Shown one piece after another: positions 62,767 through 64,000 of a stretch of DNA of 64,000 nt; position 1 is the stretch's first letter, and every line of letters begins with the position of its first letter. The DNA comes from Dehalococcoidia bacterium (GTDB taxonomy: Bacteria > Chloroflexota > Dehalococcoidia > Lucifugimonadales > UBA3495), in the NCBI GenBank assembly GCA_965203435.1, contig CBDBCU010000003.1, forward strand, positions 74,918 through 138,917. Direction: 5' to 3'. The position numbers and the translations under genes were made by a program. The notes under the pieces are model-generated. The model was not told where the DNA came from. It did no database searches and saw nothing but the letters and a program-made list of their open reading frames with translations.

Positions 62767-63422
62767 AGGGCCTCCGGCGCGGCCGATTCTCCGGCTAGTT
62801 CCAGCAGGGCGTTAATGGCGGCGGCGGCGGCGGAACTGCCCCCCCGCCGGCCCAGGATCGTGACGTAAGGGATGGCGCGCTTTACCAGTTCCTCTTTGGA
62901 TTCGGCGCAGGCTACAAACCCCACCGGCATCCCGACAATCAGGGCCGGCTTTGCGGCCCCGGCGTCCACCAAATCCAGCAGGGCCAGCAGGGCGGTGGGG
63001 GCATTGCCGATAGCAACGATCGCCCCGTTATGGTGCGGCGTCAATTCCCGAATGGCGGCTACGGAGCGGGTAGTCTTTTCCCGCTGGGCCCGGGCCGCCA
63101 CGGCCGGAACATCAATAAGGCAATGGGTAGCCACTCCCCGGCGGGCGAGCAGGGCTTTGGAAATGCCCATCTCTACCATCCGGACATCGGCAACTACCGC
63201 CGCGCCGTTGGATAGAGCCGCCAAACCCTGCGTCACCGCGTCGGGACTGAACCGCACCGCCGGGGCAATAGCCGGGTCGCCCTCGGCCCGCACCAGGCGG
63301 CAGAGGATATAATGCTCCTGGGGATTCAACCCCAAGCCGGGCGGCAAGGCGGCCTGAACCATGGTCAGGCTTTCCCGGTCAATCTGCTCCGGCAGCAGGG
63401 CGTAGCGTGCGACTAAAGACAT
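62763..63422 (-). CDS. cbiC: Cobalt-precorrin-8 methylmutase
   Basis: VADVRMV, AIGNAPTAL and IVGMPVGFV motifs. The start is taken at ATG 63422 (MSLVARY). The ORF-track extension to 63842 reads through the repeat cluster. Confidence 0.85.
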   Translation of the reverse strand: MSLVARYALLPEQIDRESLTMVQAALPPGLGLNPQEHYILCRLVRAEGDPAIAPAVRFSPDAVTQGLAALSNGAAVVADVRMVEMGISKALLARRGVATHCLIDVPAVAARAQREKTTRSVAAIRELTPHHNGAIVAIGNAPTALLALLDLVDAGAAKPALIVGMPVGFVACAESKEELVKRAIPYVTILGRRGGSSAAAAAINALLELAGESAAPEAL

Positions 63423-63488
63423 AGCACTATTGTAACGGACAAAAGGGCAAAGGGCAAACGGTGGGGAAAGCGGCGGTTCGGTTAAATT

Positions 63489-63603
63489 GCGGCCTATCAT
63501 TTCGCTCATCCTGAACTTTAAGGTGCGGCCTATCCTTACGCTCATCCTGAACTTTAAGTTGAGGCTTATCATTCCGCTCATCCTGAACTTGTTGAAGGAT
63601 GAA
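63489..63603. repeat. Family A repeat cluster: three tandem 36-nt units upstream of cbiC
   Basis: gcggcctatcatttcgctcatcctgaactttaaggt, gcggcctatccttacgctcatcctgaactttaagtt, gaggcttatcattccgctcatcctgaacttgttgaaggatgaa. Confidence 0.9.
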
Positions 63604-63699
63604 TACGCCGCAGCAGAACGGAAGCAAAGCGGCGTTGGCGGCGGAAAGGGAGCCGGCGGGCGGGATTGGCCGGGGCCGCCGCCGTTGCCAGTGCAAAGA

Positions 63700-64000
63700 T
63701 TACCAAGCGGCCGGTTTGGTGATAATTCCCTTGTCATCCCGCAATTGATCCGGGAATTGACTGCCGGCCAGAGCGTTGACCCGCAGGCGGCGGGTAAAGG
63801 TAGCGGCGGCGGTAAGCTCCCGGGGCGTAACGGCCTTGGCATCAGTGTTGGGATTAACCACGCCTACGGGAAAGCCCAAATCCTCCCGCACCATCCGAAT
63901 CGCCAGAGCCAAGTCCGAATCGTTGGAAATGACCACCGCCTGCTCATAGCGTTCCCGAAAACCGTCCAGAAGCAGATGCGCCGCCAAGTTGACATCCGTA
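63700..64000 (-). CDS. NYN-domain (LabA/DUF88-like) protein; 3' part only, N-terminus beyond the window
   Basis: DVNLAAHLLLDGF...AVVISNDSDLALAIRMV is typical of the NYN/PIN-like family. The frame is open to the window end. Confidence 0.6.
   Translation of the reverse strand, partial: TDVNLAAHLLLDGFRERYEQAVVISNDSDLALAIRMVREDLGFPVGVVNPNTDAKAVTPRELTAAATFTRRLRVNALAGSQFPDQLRDDKGIITKPAAW

Noticed and set aside
63423-63699. Looked for a cobalamin riboswitch upstream of cbiC
   Set aside because: I could not find the conserved B12-box or GGGAA/GCCACUG-type core elements on the minus strand. The leader is occupied mostly by family A repeats. A G-rich stretch on the plus strand (63640-63695) only superficially resembles the core and is in the wrong orientation. 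A covariance-model scan would be needed to exclude a divergent riboswitch.
62763-63842. 359-aa form of the cbiC ORF
   Set aside because: The N-terminal 140 residues are translated family A repeats (KFRMS x3) and low-complexity sequence. The CbiC homology begins at the ATG at 63422.

Overview
High-GC bacterial chromosome segment. My hand counts give about 63-66% GC in typical genes. The window is gene-dense and carries about 55 protein genes and one tRNA. Phylum is not determinable from sequence alone; the style of the intergenic repeats and the leaderless promoters would fit a Chloroflexota-like organism, but that is only an inference.

Housekeeping content:
- alaS-ruvX, gyrA, mutL and mutS
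- ribH and a pyruvate/acetoin dehydrogenase E1 alpha/beta pair
- a NuoE/NuoF/FdhA-like flavoprotein operon with a ferredoxin-NADP reductase
- a MoxR-DUF58-DUF4129 operon
- an inositol-phosphate/phosphatidylinositol lipid cluster (ino1, GT4, CDP-alcohol phosphatidyltransferase)
- an eight-gene anaerobic-type cobalamin operon (cbiC-X-D-T-L-F-G-H)

Accessory content:
- a low-GC islet after tRNA-Gln, with a ThsB-like TIR protein, two Phd-type antitoxin genes sharing a near-identical 5' half, and VapC
- a HEPN-like two-gene module
- an ABC-type ATPase plus a Toprim/DUF4276-like two-gene module
- a single-polypeptide nuclease-methyltransferase (Type IIG-like) next to the cbi operon

Observations I rate highest:
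1. Two thiol-oxidoreductase genes, one ArsC/Spx-family and one DsbA/FrnE-family, are each interrupted by an in-frame TGA exactly at the first Cys of the CxxC redox motif. Each TGA is followed by a hairpin with SECIS-like geometry. I read both as selenocysteine (UxxC) proteins that the ORF track truncates.
2. Two paralogous GT-C (family 39-like) membrane glycosyltransferases and a convergent beta-propeller lipoprotein share an uncharacterised module of about 85 aa with two Cys. It occurs six times across the three genes.
3. Both glycosyltransferase paralogs have an identical extended -10 box 7 nt from the ATG, which suggests leaderless mRNA.
4. Three distinct families of intergenic palindromic or tandem repeats are scattered through the window.
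5. alaS carries an in-frame, low-GC insertion of about 140 aa.

Many long ORFs in the six-frame track are antisense shadow ORFs typical of high-GC DNA and are not reported as genes.
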